Shown here in pieces: positions 30,101 to 37,754 of a stretch of DNA of 50,343 nucleotides. The notes below the pieces were generated by a model. It was not told where the DNA came from, did not search any database, and saw only the letters and a program-made list of their open reading frames with translations. The DNA lies in contig JAAWHO010000001.1 in NCBI GenBank assembly GCA_022795905.1, positions 1 to 50,343 on the forward strand, in the 5' to 3' direction. A program made the position numbers and the translations under genes. Every line of letters begins with the position of its first letter. Within the stretch, counting starts at the first letter, position 1. The stretch comes from Oscillospiraceae bacterium. GTDB taxonomy: Bacteria > Bacillota > Clostridia > Oscillospirales > Oscillospiraceae.

Positions 30101-31122
30101 TGATGGAGGACCTGACTGGAGTGAACGCCCGGGAGATCCCCCTGGACGACCCGGACACCATGAGCCTCTTTACCACCAGCAGGGCCTTGGGCTTTGAGAA
30201 TGACGAGATCCTGGGTCCCACCGGAGCGGTGGCAATCCCGGAGTTCAACACAAAGTTCACCCGGCAGATGCTTATGGACACCCAGCCCAAGGACTTCAAC
30301 ACCCTGGTCCGGCTCTCCGGCTTTTCCCACGGCACGGACGTGTGGATCGGAAATGCTCGGGACCTGATCGTCAGCGGCACGGCCTCTGTTACAGAGACGG
30401 TGGGATGCCGGGACGACATCATGCTCTACCTGATTTCCAAGGGCCTGGACCCCAAGATGAGTTTCAAGATCATGGAGTCCGTCCGGAAGGGCAAGGTGAA
30501 GAAGGGCGGCTTCGAGGAAGGCTGGCGGGAGGCCATGGAGGAGCACGACGTGCCGGAGTGGTACATCGAATCTCTTGCCAAGATCGGCTATCTGTTCCCC
30601 AAGGCTCACGCGGTGGCCTACGTCATGATGGCCTTCCGCATTGCCTGGTTCAAGGTCCACAAGCCCTTGGCATTCTATGCCACCTTCTTCTCCATCCGGG
30701 CCAAGGCCTTTGACGCGGAGTACTGCTGCGCCGGGTTTGACGCGGTGAAGCGGAAGCTGCTGGAGATCTGGAACAACAAGGACGCCGCCGCCGTGGAGCA
30801 GGACCTGGCAGTGACGCTGGAGGTCTGCTACGAGTTCTATCTCCGGGGATTCCGGTTTGAGCCTATCAGTATTTATGAATCTGATGCCACCCGATTTGTT
30901 GTCAAGGGGGACGACGCCCTTATCCCGCCCTTTACGGCGGTGCGGGGCCTTGGGGAGACGGCGGCGGTGGACACCGTGGAGAAGCGGAAGGGCCAGACCT
31001 TCGTCTCCATCGAGGAATTTTCCATGTGCTGCAATAAGCTCTCCAAGACCCATATTGACCAGCTCAAGGCACTGGGGGCTTTTGCCGGGATGGCGGATAC
31101 CAGTCAGATCACGCTGTTTTAG
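27145..31122 (+). CDS. polC: DNA polymerase III PolC-type (Gram-positive replicative polymerase)
   Basis: 1325 aa with a PHP domain (ELHAHTTFSNMDA), an inserted DEDD exonuclease (VAFDIETTGL, AHNAEFDIGF, HRASDDA), a zinc module (CPKC..CPEC) and a polymerase core. Confidence 0.95.
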   Translation: MPQKIPFFELFTTLTLPWQERLALEGAYLTNVEVEKEKRTLAMALTTTTDLGEGKDKLSSAVAAAYGLVKVSIHQTVSAPTAAPSSAKTGGNEVIMGLPIKKEVQPMAGLNPKMGGVVVAGKVFFADLYETRRPGVFCLTFDMTDFQTSVRVTKYLEKEEKARLKKDIKPGMWLKVQGYVKLNRDGSDVLVDPKNITTYPYEMRRDTAEIKRVELHAHTTFSNMDALTSLSPKAGPEGNLVKRAESWGHPAIAITDHGVAQGFPDAWHSAKDIKLLYGMEGYFINNLDDRIAVHGEQEASFSDEYVAFDIETTGLKVKQETITEIGAVVIKNGEIGERFQTFVNPGRHLTPEIIALTGITDQMLQGAPKPAEALRAFLEFVGDRPLAAHNAEFDIGFIREGCRQAGLDFDPTYIDTLILAQNLLPELGKFKLDIVAEHLKLPAFQHHRASDDAATCGLFLPHFFKKLEEELEVRTLQAINEAMPALRKNGHSNRKPKHIILIAKNKVGLKNLYQLISMSNLKYFKRFPIIPKHELVAHREGLIVGSACEAGELFQAVAEYKDWAELRRIASFYDFLEIQPLCNNAFMLRDGKARDEEELREWNRTVVRLGEELGKPVCATGDVHFLDPEDEIYRHILLDTKKFSDCDSPLPIYFRTTDEMLEEFSYLGEEKAMEVVVTNTRAIAEQVETFDLLPKGKLFPPRLENSEEDLNRLVWDKVHELYGEDPPSLIVDRLNVELGGILGKYDVVYMSAQKLVQRSLENGYLVGSRGSVGSSLVAYMSGITEVNALPPHYRCPKCKHNEFILDGSYGCGADMPDKICPECGTKYVKDGFDIPFETFLGYGGGKVPDIDLNFSGEYQARAHRHAIEMFGETQVFRAGTIGTVAEKTAYGYVKKYLEARGLNPGHAEENRLALGCVGVKRTTGQHPGGLVVVPDDLDVEDFCPVQHPADAADSDIITTHFEYHCMEDNLLKLDMLGHDDPSMVRMMEDLTGVNAREIPLDDPDTMSLFTTSRALGFENDEILGPTGAVAIPEFNTKFTRQMLMDTQPKDFNTLVRLSGFSHGTDVWIGNARDLIVSGTASVTETVGCRDDIMLYLISKGLDPKMSFKIMESVRKGKVKKGGFEEGWREAMEEHDVPEWYIESLAKIGYLFPKAHAVAYVMMAFRIAWFKVHKPLAFYATFFSIRAKAFDAEYCCAGFDAVKRKLLEIWNNKDAAAVEQDLAVTLEVCYEFYLRGFRFEPISIYESDATRFVVKGDDALIPPFTAVRGLGETAAVDTVEKRKGQTFVSIEEFSMCCNKLSKTHIDQLKALGAFAGMADTSQITLF

Positions 31123-31155
31123 GTTGTGCAACCTTTTTGTTGTGAGGAAAAGCAT

Positions 31156-31641
31156 ATGATTAGAATAAGACCATATAAAGCTTCGGATGCAGATACGATA
31201 TTATCGTGGTGTCAAGAGGAAAAAGCATTTTATCAATGGACAGCAGGCAGATTCGGTAATTACCCTATCACACAAAAAGAATTTTGTTTTGTTGAATCTC
31301 TAATGCCATTTACTGCATTTGATGAGACGGGAATTGTTGGCTTTTTTACACTAAGGACCCCTGATGAATCATTGGATGAATTGCGTTTTGGTTTTGTTAT
31401 TGTAAATCCTTACAAGAGGGGAAAAGGCTGTGGAAAAGCGATGCTCCAGCTAGGCCTAAAATTTGCATTTGAAATATATGGAGCAAAAAGAGTATCATTA
31501 GGTGTATTTGAGAATAATCTTCCAGCTTATTACTGTTATAAAGCAGTAGGTTTTCGCGATGTAGTTCCCGATATATCAAAAAAATATTGTATTCTTGGTG
31601 AAGAATGGAAGTGCAAAGAATTGACTATGGAAAACAGATAA
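31156..31641 (+). CDS. GNAT family N-acetyltransferase (low-GC insert)
   Basis: 161 aa; acetyl-CoA binding motif VNPYKRGKGCGKAML. The gene is conspicuously AT-rich compared with its neighbours. Confidence 0.8.
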   Translation: MIRIRPYKASDADTILSWCQEEKAFYQWTAGRFGNYPITQKEFCFVESLMPFTAFDETGIVGFFTLRTPDESLDELRFGFVIVNPYKRGKGCGKAMLQLGLKFAFEIYGAKRVSLGVFENNLPAYYCYKAVGFRDVVPDISKKYCILGEEWKCKELTMENR

Positions 31642-31736
31642 ATTCCAGCAGGGGATACAGTACGCAGCTTGGTACACAAGCGAGTTTATTTCTACCCATA
31701 TAAAACTGTACGCAGAAGTAACGGAAAGGGGAAGGT

Positions 31737-32189
31737 ATGAAATTAACCGAAGCCCTGCAATTACGCGGGGATCTGCAAAAGCGGATGATGCAGCTGTCTG
31801 ACCGCCTGATGCAGAACGCCAGAGTGCAGGAGGGCGAAAAGCCTGCCGAGGACCCGGAGGCCCTGCTGGCGGAGTACGAGAGCTGCGCCGGGCAGCTGGA
31901 GGAGCTGATGGCCCGCATCAACCGGACGAATTGCGAAACCCGGACGGGGGAGGGGACCCTGACGGAGCTCCTGGCCCGGCGGGACTGCCTGAAAATGCGG
32001 GTGAAGACCTACCATGATTTCCTCATGGCGGCCAGCAGCCTGACACAGAGGGGGATGCGCACGGAGATCAAGGTTTTCAGCACCGTGCCGGTACCGGAGT
32101 ATCGGAAGAAGGCGGACGCGCTCTCCCGCCAGCTTCGAGAGACGGACAACGCCATCCAGGCGGCCAACTGGACCACGGAGCTGTTATAG
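31737..32189 (+). CDS. DIP1984 family (septicolysin-like) protein
   Basis: 150 aa. ALQLRGDLQKR..VQEGEKPAEDPEALL..RINRTN..TLTELLARRDCL..NWTTEL matches my recollection of the DIP1984 family pattern. Confidence 0.7.
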   Translation: MKLTEALQLRGDLQKRMMQLSDRLMQNARVQEGEKPAEDPEALLAEYESCAGQLEELMARINRTNCETRTGEGTLTELLARRDCLKMRVKTYHDFLMAASSLTQRGMRTEIKVFSTVPVPEYRKKADALSRQLRETDNAIQAANWTTELL

Positions 32190-32201
32190 GGCCAGCAGGT
32201 A

Positions 32202-32397
32202 GCGGCGGCGGGGCGAATGTGAACCTGTCCGGCGGGTAAAGAACCGGAGAAGCAGTTGGAAGGGACTGCATAACTCATTGGCAGCGCGGCGGGGCAGCGC
32301 GAGAGGGTTCGAATCCCTTGTTTATCGTTATGCCCAGCATTGTAACACGCGCACCAAGACACCTGACAACGCACAACCACGCATTGGCCGCCGCCGC
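32202..32397 (+). ncRNA. candidate structured RNA with tRNA-like module (unclassified)
   Basis: Closing helix: GCGGCGGCGG (32202-32211) pairs with CCGCCGCCGC (32388-32397), and AATGTG (32216-32221) pairs with CGCATT (32380-32385). Internal hairpins include a T-arm GAGGG-TTCGAAT-CCCTT (32303-32319). A terminator follows at 32422-32457. It lies between convergent genes. Confidence 0.3.
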
Positions 32398-32421
32398 GAG
32401 GGTGGGGAAGGGGATAAGAAG

Positions 32422-32457
32422 AGACCGCCTCTGTCTGAGACAGAAGCGGTCTTTTTT
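32422..32457 (+). terminator. intrinsic terminator
   Basis: AGACCGCCTCTGTC-TGA-GACAGAAGCGGTCT (one mismatch) followed by TTTTT. Confidence 0.75.
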
Positions 32458-32465
32458 GCACTCAG

Positions 32466-33545
32466 CTATCCAATGCCCAACTCTACCCATAGATCGGTGT
32501 ACAAGGCCAGGGTTTCCGCAGGGAGGTTCACATAGGCCTCACAGTTGGCCAGTACATCAGCGGGGGCTGCCATAACCGCATAGAGCGCCGGGTCCATGGG
32601 CTCTCCATTGACTTCCTCGTAGTAGGCGGGGTATTGCTCCAGAGCCTCGGCATTAGGGGAGGCGTACCAGATGAAGTCCATGTTGGCAAGGCAGGAGTCC
32701 GTCTTGCAGATAAAGTTGATCCAGGCCTCGGCCTCTTCCTTGTGCTCCGCACTCGCCAGCACGCACATAGCGTCTACAAACCAGTTGCTGCCTTCCTTGG
32801 GCACCACGAAGCGCAGGTCCGGGTTGTTCTCATGCATAGACAGAAAGTCCCCGGCGTAGTAGGTGCAGACAGCGGTCTCCCCAGCCTCCATCTTGTCATA
32901 GAGCTGGTCCATGAAGAAGCCCTGGTATACGCCGCTGGCCTTAGCATCGGCGATGAGCTGATAGGCCTCCCGGATCTCCGCCTCGCTGGTGGTATTGACG
33001 GAGTAACCCAGATACAGCAGGGCCGCGCCAATAGCGTCTCGCGGGTTGCCGATCATGCCCACCTGTCCGGCGTATTTGGCGTCAAAGAGAGCGCACCAGC
33101 TATCAATTTCCCCGCCGGTGATAGTGGGGTTGTAGATGATGCCCAGGGTGCCCCAGGTGTAGGGGACGGTGTACTTGTTCTCCGGGTCGTAGCTCAAATT
33201 TTTATACTGGCTGTCAATAAGCTCGAAGTTGGGAATATTGTCATAGTTCAGCTCCGCAAGCAGCCCCTCCTCGATCATCTGCCCAATCATATAGTCGCTT
33301 GGGACGATGACATCGTAATCTGTACCGCCCTGCTTGATGAGGGCATACATGGTTTCGTTGCTCTCTGCCGTTTGGTAGTTGACCTTGATGCCGGTCTCCT
33401 GTTCAAACTGGCTGATGAGTTCTGGGTCAATGTTCTCGCCCCAGCCGCACACGTTGACGATCCGCTCGCCTCCGCCTCCGCAGCTGGTCAGGCAGAGCGT
33501 CAGCGCCATAGTGAGCGCCAACAGCACAGCAAACGTCTTTTTCAA
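32466..33545 (-). CDS. potD: spermidine/putrescine ABC transporter substrate-binding lipoprotein
   Basis: 359 aa; lipobox LTSCGGG; PotD/PotF-type periplasmic binding protein sequence. Last gene of the potABCD order. Confidence 0.85.
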   Translation of the reverse strand: MKKTFAVLLALTMALTLCLTSCGGGGERIVNVCGWGENIDPELISQFEQETGIKVNYQTAESNETMYALIKQGGTDYDVIVPSDYMIGQMIEEGLLAELNYDNIPNFELIDSQYKNLSYDPENKYTVPYTWGTLGIIYNPTITGGEIDSWCALFDAKYAGQVGMIGNPRDAIGAALLYLGYSVNTTSEAEIREAYQLIADAKASGVYQGFFMDQLYDKMEAGETAVCTYYAGDFLSMHENNPDLRFVVPKEGSNWFVDAMCVLASAEHKEEAEAWINFICKTDSCLANMDFIWYASPNAEALEQYPAYYEEVNGEPMDPALYAVMAAPADVLANCEAYVNLPAETLALYTDLWVELGIG

Positions 33546-33601
33546 TGCTTCATTCCTCCAAAATAAAATATTATTGCACGGTCCGCCAGAGGCGGAAAAC
33601 G

Positions 33602-34468
33602 TTACAACCGCCTCTGGGCTATCTGCTTTTCCTGCCGGGCCTCCCGCACGTTGACGATGATGAGCAGCGTCAGCACAGTAATGAACAGCAGGGAGGAGAT
33701 GGCGTTAATCTTGGGGCTGATACGCAGCTTGGTCATGCCGTAGACCACCATAGCCAAGGTGGAGGTGCCGGAGCCCGCCGTGAAGTAGGAGATGATAAAA
33801 TCGTCCACGCTCATGGTGAAGGCGATGAGGGCCCCGGAGACAATGCCCGGCTTGATCTCCGGCAGCACCACCTTCCAGAATGCCTGCATCCACGTACAGC
33901 CCAGGTCCTGGGCGGCGTCGATGAGGTTCTTGTCCATCTGCCGCAGCTTGGGCATGACGTTAAGAATCACATAGGGGATATTGAAGGTAATATGGGCGAT
34001 GAGCAGCGTACCGAAGCCCATATGGAGCCGGACAGGCAGACGGAACAGCCCCTGAACACTGTTGCACCACCGGGCAAAGACCTCCCATTCCCCGAAGAAT
34101 GCCACAAACAGCAGGCACAGGCTCACGCCGGTCACGATATCCGCGTTGGTCATGGGAATGTTGTTAACTGTCATCAGGGGAGTGCGCCACCGCTTTTTCA
34201 TATTGAAGAAGCCGATAGCCGCCAAAGTGCCCGCCGCCGTGGCGATGAGCGTTGCCAAGAGGGACACCAGCAGGGTCGTGGACAGAGCGTTCATGATCTG
34301 GCGGTCCTGGAGCAGCTCCACGTACCAGTGGAGGGTAAAGCCGTTCCAAACCGTGCGGCTCTGGGAGTTGTTGAAGGAGAAGACGATCAAAACGAAAATA
34401 GGCGCGTAGAGAAACAGAAACACCAGGGCCATAAACACCCGGTTGAGAAAAATGCCCCCCCTTTTCAC
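33602..34468 (-). CDS. potC: spermidine/putrescine ABC transporter permease
   Basis: Six-TM permease with an EAA loop (AAQDLGCTWMQAFWKVVLP). The proposed GTG 34468 start overlaps the potB stop (GTGA). Confidence 0.85.
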   Translation of the reverse strand: MKRGGIFLNRVFMALVFLFLYAPIFVLIVFSFNNSQSRTVWNGFTLHWYVELLQDRQIMNALSTTLLVSLLATLIATAAGTLAAIGFFNMKKRWRTPLMTVNNIPMTNADIVTGVSLCLLFVAFFGEWEVFARWCNSVQGLFRLPVRLHMGFGTLLIAHITFNIPYVILNVMPKLRQMDKNLIDAAQDLGCTWMQAFWKVVLPEIKPGIVSGALIAFTMSVDDFIISYFTAGSGTSTLAMVVYGMTKLRISPKINAISSLLFITVLTLLIIVNVREARQEKQIAQRRL

Positions 34469-35319
34469 AGCATCACCGCCTGTTCCTCGCCCTCGCCAAA
34501 GCGATTCATCAAGGCCATGCAAACCACTACGATAACCATCATGACAAGAGCGATAGCGGAGCCAAGATAGGGGTTGTAGGCGGTTCCCAGGAACTGCTGC
34601 TCAATAAGGTCGCCCAGCAGCAGCTCGTTGCTCCCCCCCAGCAGCTTGGAGATGGCGAAGGTGGATACCGAGGGGACAAACACCATGGTCACGCCGGAGA
34701 GAACTCCGGGCAGACTCAGAGGCAGAATCACCTTCCGAAATACCCCGAAGGAGTTGGCGCCCAGGTCCCGCGCCGCCTCCAGCAGGCTTCCGTCCATCTT
34801 CGCAATCACGGAGTAGATGGGCAGAATCATAAAGGGCAGATAGTTGTACACCATGCCCAGCACCACCGCTCCCTTGGTGTTAATCATGGCGAAATACTCC
34901 AAATCAGTGCCGAAAACGGTGTTGAGGAGCTTAAAGAGTCCAATCGCTGAGAAAAACCGGTTCAGCAGCCCGGTGTTCTCCAGAATGGACATCCAGGAGT
35001 AGGTCCGCAGCAGGAAGTTCATCCACATGGGCAGCATGATCAGCATCATAGCCACCCGCTGCAGCCCGGGTCCCTCCCGGGAGATCATATAGGCCACAGG
35101 ATAGCCGATAAGCAGGCAGATAGCGGTAGCAATCAATGCCAGATGAAAGGAGCGGGTGAACACCACCGCGTAGGACCCCATACGGGAGAAATTTTCCAGT
35201 GTCAGCCCGCCGCCGGCGGCGGTAAAGGCGTAAATGACCACCATGACAATAGGGGCCACCACAAACAGGGCCATCCAGCCCACATAGGGCACGGCGAAAA
35301 GAGAGCGCTTATTTTTCAT
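34465..35319 (-). CDS. potB: spermidine/putrescine ABC transporter permease
   Basis: [15 protein letters not shown]... permease with an EAA loop ([20 protein letters not shown]). ATG 35319. Confidence 0.85.
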   Translation of the reverse strand: MKNKRSLFAVPYVGWMALFVVAPIVMVVIYAFTAAGGGLTLENFSRMGSYAVVFTRSFHLALIATAICLLIGYPVAYMISREGPGLQRVAMMLIMLPMWMNFLLRTYSWMSILENTGLLNRFFSAIGLFKLLNTVFGTDLEYFAMINTKGAVVLGMVYNYLPFMILPIYSVIAKMDGSLLEAARDLGANSFGVFRKVILPLSLPGVLSGVTMVFVPSVSTFAISKLLGGSNELLLGDLIEQQFLGTAYNPYLGSAIALVMMVIVVVCMALMNRFGEGEEQAVML

Positions 35320-36493
35320 CGCCGCCCTCCTGAGGTTCCTCCTCCACGCCCAGCGTGGCGTCCTCCAGCTCCTCATACTCCTCGGAGTAGGAGGAGTAGT
35401 CGCCGAACATATCGGAGTACTGGCTCTTGCGCATGATGTGGATGTCGTCTGGGTTGAGGACGATGCCGATGGTCTCGCCCTCCGGGTGGTAGTCCGTGGT
35501 CTGGATGAGCCATTTGAAGCCCTTGAAGTCCACAATGGTGTCGTAGTGGACGCCCTTGAAGGTGACGCTGGTCACCGTGCCCCTGAGTTGCCCCTTCTCC
35601 ACCGGTACAATGTCGATGTCCTCAGGCCGGATGACCACGTCCACCGGCTCCATGGGGGCGAAGCCCTTGTCCAGGCACTTGAATTTTCGGTTGAAGAACT
35701 CCACCACGTAATCCTCGTGCATGATGCCGTCTAGGATGTTGCTCTCCCCGATGAAGTCCGCCACAAAGGCGTTTTTGGGCTCGTTGTAGATGTCCTCCGG
35801 GGTGCCGATCTGCTGGATCTTTCCCTGGTCCATGACGACGATGGTATCGCTCATGGCCAGGGCCTCCTCCTGGTCGTGGGTTACGTAGATGAAGGTGATC
35901 TCCAGCTGCTGCTGAATGCGCTTGAGCTCATTCTGCATATCCTTGCGCAGCCGCAGGTCCAGGGCCCCCAGGGGCTCGTCCAGCAGCAGCACCTTAGGCC
36001 GGTTTACCAGGGCCCGGGCGATGGCTACCCGCTGCTGTTGTCCGCCGGAGAGCTCCGTAATGCGGCGGTTTTCAAAGCCCTTCAGGCTCACCACCTCCAA
36101 CATCTCCAGCACGCGCTCCTTTATTTCCGCCTCTGGGACCTTGGCCTTCCGTTTTCGCCCGTTTTCCTCCACCGTCTTGGGGATTCGCAGGCCAAAGGCC
36201 ACATTGTCAAAGACATTCAGGTGCGGAAACAGGGCGTAGCGCTGGAAGACAGTGTTCACCTGTCGCAGATGCGGCGGAATATCATTCATCCTCACCCCGT
36301 CGAACAGCACTTCGCCTGAAGTGGGCGTCAAAAAGCCTCCAATGATGCGCAAGGTGGTGGTCTTGCCGCAGCCACTGGGTCCGAGCAGTGTGAGGAATTC
36401 ACTGTCATTGAAATATAGATTGATGTGATCGAGAACCAGCTCGCCGTCAAACGCCATGCTGCAGTCAACAAGGCGAATCAACTCTTTGGACAT
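35309..36493 (-). CDS. potA: spermidine/putrescine ABC transporter ATP-binding protein
   Basis: Walker [10 protein letters not shown], signature [10 protein letters not shown], Walker B LLLDEP. It has a TOBE-like C-terminal domain and an acidic tail that overlaps the potB start by 11 nt. Confidence 0.9.
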   Translation of the reverse strand: MSKELIRLVDCSMAFDGELVLDHINLYFNDSEFLTLLGPSGCGKTTTLRIIGGFLTPTSGEVLFDGVRMNDIPPHLRQVNTVFQRYALFPHLNVFDNVAFGLRIPKTVEENGRKRKAKVPEAEIKERVLEMLEVVSLKGFENRRITELSGGQQQRVAIARALVNRPKVLLLDEPLGALDLRLRKDMQNELKRIQQQLEITFIYVTHDQEEALAMSDTIVVMDQGKIQQIGTPEDIYNEPKNAFVADFIGESNILDGIMHEDYVVEFFNRKFKCLDKGFAPMEPVDVVIRPEDIDIVPVEKGQLRGTVTSVTFKGVHYDTIVDFKGFKWLIQTTDYHPEGETIGIVLNPDDIHIMRKSQYSDMFGDYSSYSEEYEELEDATLGVEEEPQEGGDEK

Positions 36494-36553
36494 TATCCTC
36501 CCCCGTCCTTTTTTCAGATTAGCGCGCCGTCCGGTCCAAACGGACAGAGCACG

Positions 36554-36601
36554 AAAAATTGCCTGCTTTCCCTGAGTACTTTCCCCCGGAAAAGCAGGCA
36601 A
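36554..36601 (-). terminator. terminator-like hairpin (end of upstream operon and/or attenuator in the potA leader)
   Basis: Minus strand reads TTGCCTGCTTTTCC-16 nt loop-GGAAAGCAGGCAA followed by TTTTT. It lies downstream of the consensus promoter at 36606-36634 and 60 nt upstream of potA ATG. Confidence 0.55.
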
Positions 36602-36605
36602 GCTA

Positions 36606-36634
36606 ACTATATCTGGTTTGTGTCGAAATGTCAA
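36606..36634 (-). promoter_or_regulatory. putative potABCD promoter
   Basis: Minus strand: TTGACA (36634-36629), 17-nt spacer, TATAGT (36611-36606). Confidence 0.5.
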
Positions 36635-36663
36635 TAATAATATGTGAGATTTAGGAAGTTTTT

Positions 36664-37485
36664 TTACCTTGTCCTGTTTTTTCCTTGGGGGAGGGGAGGG
36701 ATAGGGTGGGGCGGAAGGGTTTGGACGTCCCCCGCTGTGAAGTAGTCCTCCCCCTGGAACTCGGTCATGGAGGACCAGTAGCGCATGGGCATTTGGGTAC
36801 GCCGGCACCTGGGATTGTGGCGCTCCTTGATCTCGATGGTGTCGTAGAAGCGCTTCCAAAGCCGGCGGTACTGGGCCTCCGCAGCCGAGGGGGCGGCCAT
36901 TTTGAAGTTCTCCAGAGGGAGTATGGCCCACTGGCCGGGCCGATGGATTAGGGCCTCCCGGTGGGTGCGGTCGTAGAGGAGGAAGGCCTCGTTGTACATC
37001 CGGTCGCAGAAGTGGACCCGCAGAAGGGGGAGGACCCGGTTTTTAGGGCAAATCTCCCCGGCCAGCATTCCGTCAAAATCGGAAAAGCGGGTGAAGCCCT
37101 TGAGCAGGTGGACCTCGCCCTCCAAATGGCGCACCGCCTTTGTCAGGGGCAGGAGGGCGCCGTCGCTGAGCCGCCGGAGGAGCTTTTTGCCTTCTGCGTA
37201 GATTGCGCGGATAAAGCGGTAAAGGAGCATTTCCTTGTCCGGCGCGCAGGTGAGGAAGCCCTTTGCCACCAGCTCTTGGGCATAGGGGTCGATTTTTTGC
37301 AGGCCGGCCAGGACACGCTCCGCATGGGGAATATTGGTCTCCACCCACCGGGCCGGAAAGAGGGATTCCTCCAGGCGGGTCTCATCCTGGAAGCCGCAGG
37401 GGGATTCCTTATTGGCGTAGCTGTCAAATACACAGGAGAGAAATCCCTCCAGGGTGCCGTCATAGCGGTAGATGATTTCTTCCAT
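36664..37485 (-). CDS. TIGR03915-like putative DNA metabolism protein (DUF4130), usual partner of the radical SAM protein
   Basis: [23 protein letters not shown]... N-terminus, with C-terminal [32 protein letters not shown] typical of this family. The track ORF extends upstream into a repeat. Confidence 0.75.
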   Translation of the reverse strand: MEEIIYRYDGTLEGFLSCVFDSYANKESPCGFQDETRLEESLFPARWVETNIPHAERVLAGLQKIDPYAQELVAKGFLTCAPDKEMLLYRFIRAIYAEGKKLLRRLSDGALLPLTKAVRHLEGEVHLLKGFTRFSDFDGMLAGEICPKNRVLPLLRVHFCDRMYNEAFLLYDRTHREALIHRPGQWAILPLENFKMAAPSAAEAQYRRLWKRFYDTIEIKERHNPRCRRTQMPMRYWSSMTEFQGEDYFTAGDVQTLPPHPIPPLPQGKNRTR

Positions 37486-37502
37486 GGGTGCGTCCTCTTC
37501 TT

Positions 37503-37750
37503 GTCGATACTCCCGGGGCTCCTCGCCCCGGACCCTCGGGCCACTTTTTGCCGCCAAAAAGTGGCCGGAAAAACCGCCAGCCCCTCTTTCGCCAGGGACT
37601 GGACCCCGAGCGAATACGGTGGGGCTTACGGGGGCTTTCTGCGGTGCGGCCCTGGACAGGCGAAGCCCCCGAATTAGAGCGCCCTCTTGGCGGCATGGCG
37701 GTCCACCAACTCCGCCTGTCGGCTTGCTAACCCGTTAGATCCCGCTGAGG
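37503..37750. repeat. cluster of GC-rich hairpin repeat units
   Basis: GTCGATACT, then CCGGGGC-TCCTC-GCCCCGG (37513-37531), then GGCCACTTTTTG-CCGC-CAAAAAGTGGCC (37539-37566), then GGAAAAAC. Further GC-rich stems follow, for example GGGGCTT...AAGCCCC (37621-37669). Confidence 0.55.
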
Positions 37751-37754
37751 GGGC

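Noticed and set aside
32235-32327. A bona fide tRNA gene suggested by GGTTCGAATCC.
   Set aside because: There is no 7-bp acceptor stem, and the anticodon-like hairpin has a 4-bp stem with a 9-11 nt loop. Linker lengths are non-canonical and there is no CCA. It is kept only as a tRNA-like candidate RNA or remnant. The reverse strand does not give a valid T-loop.
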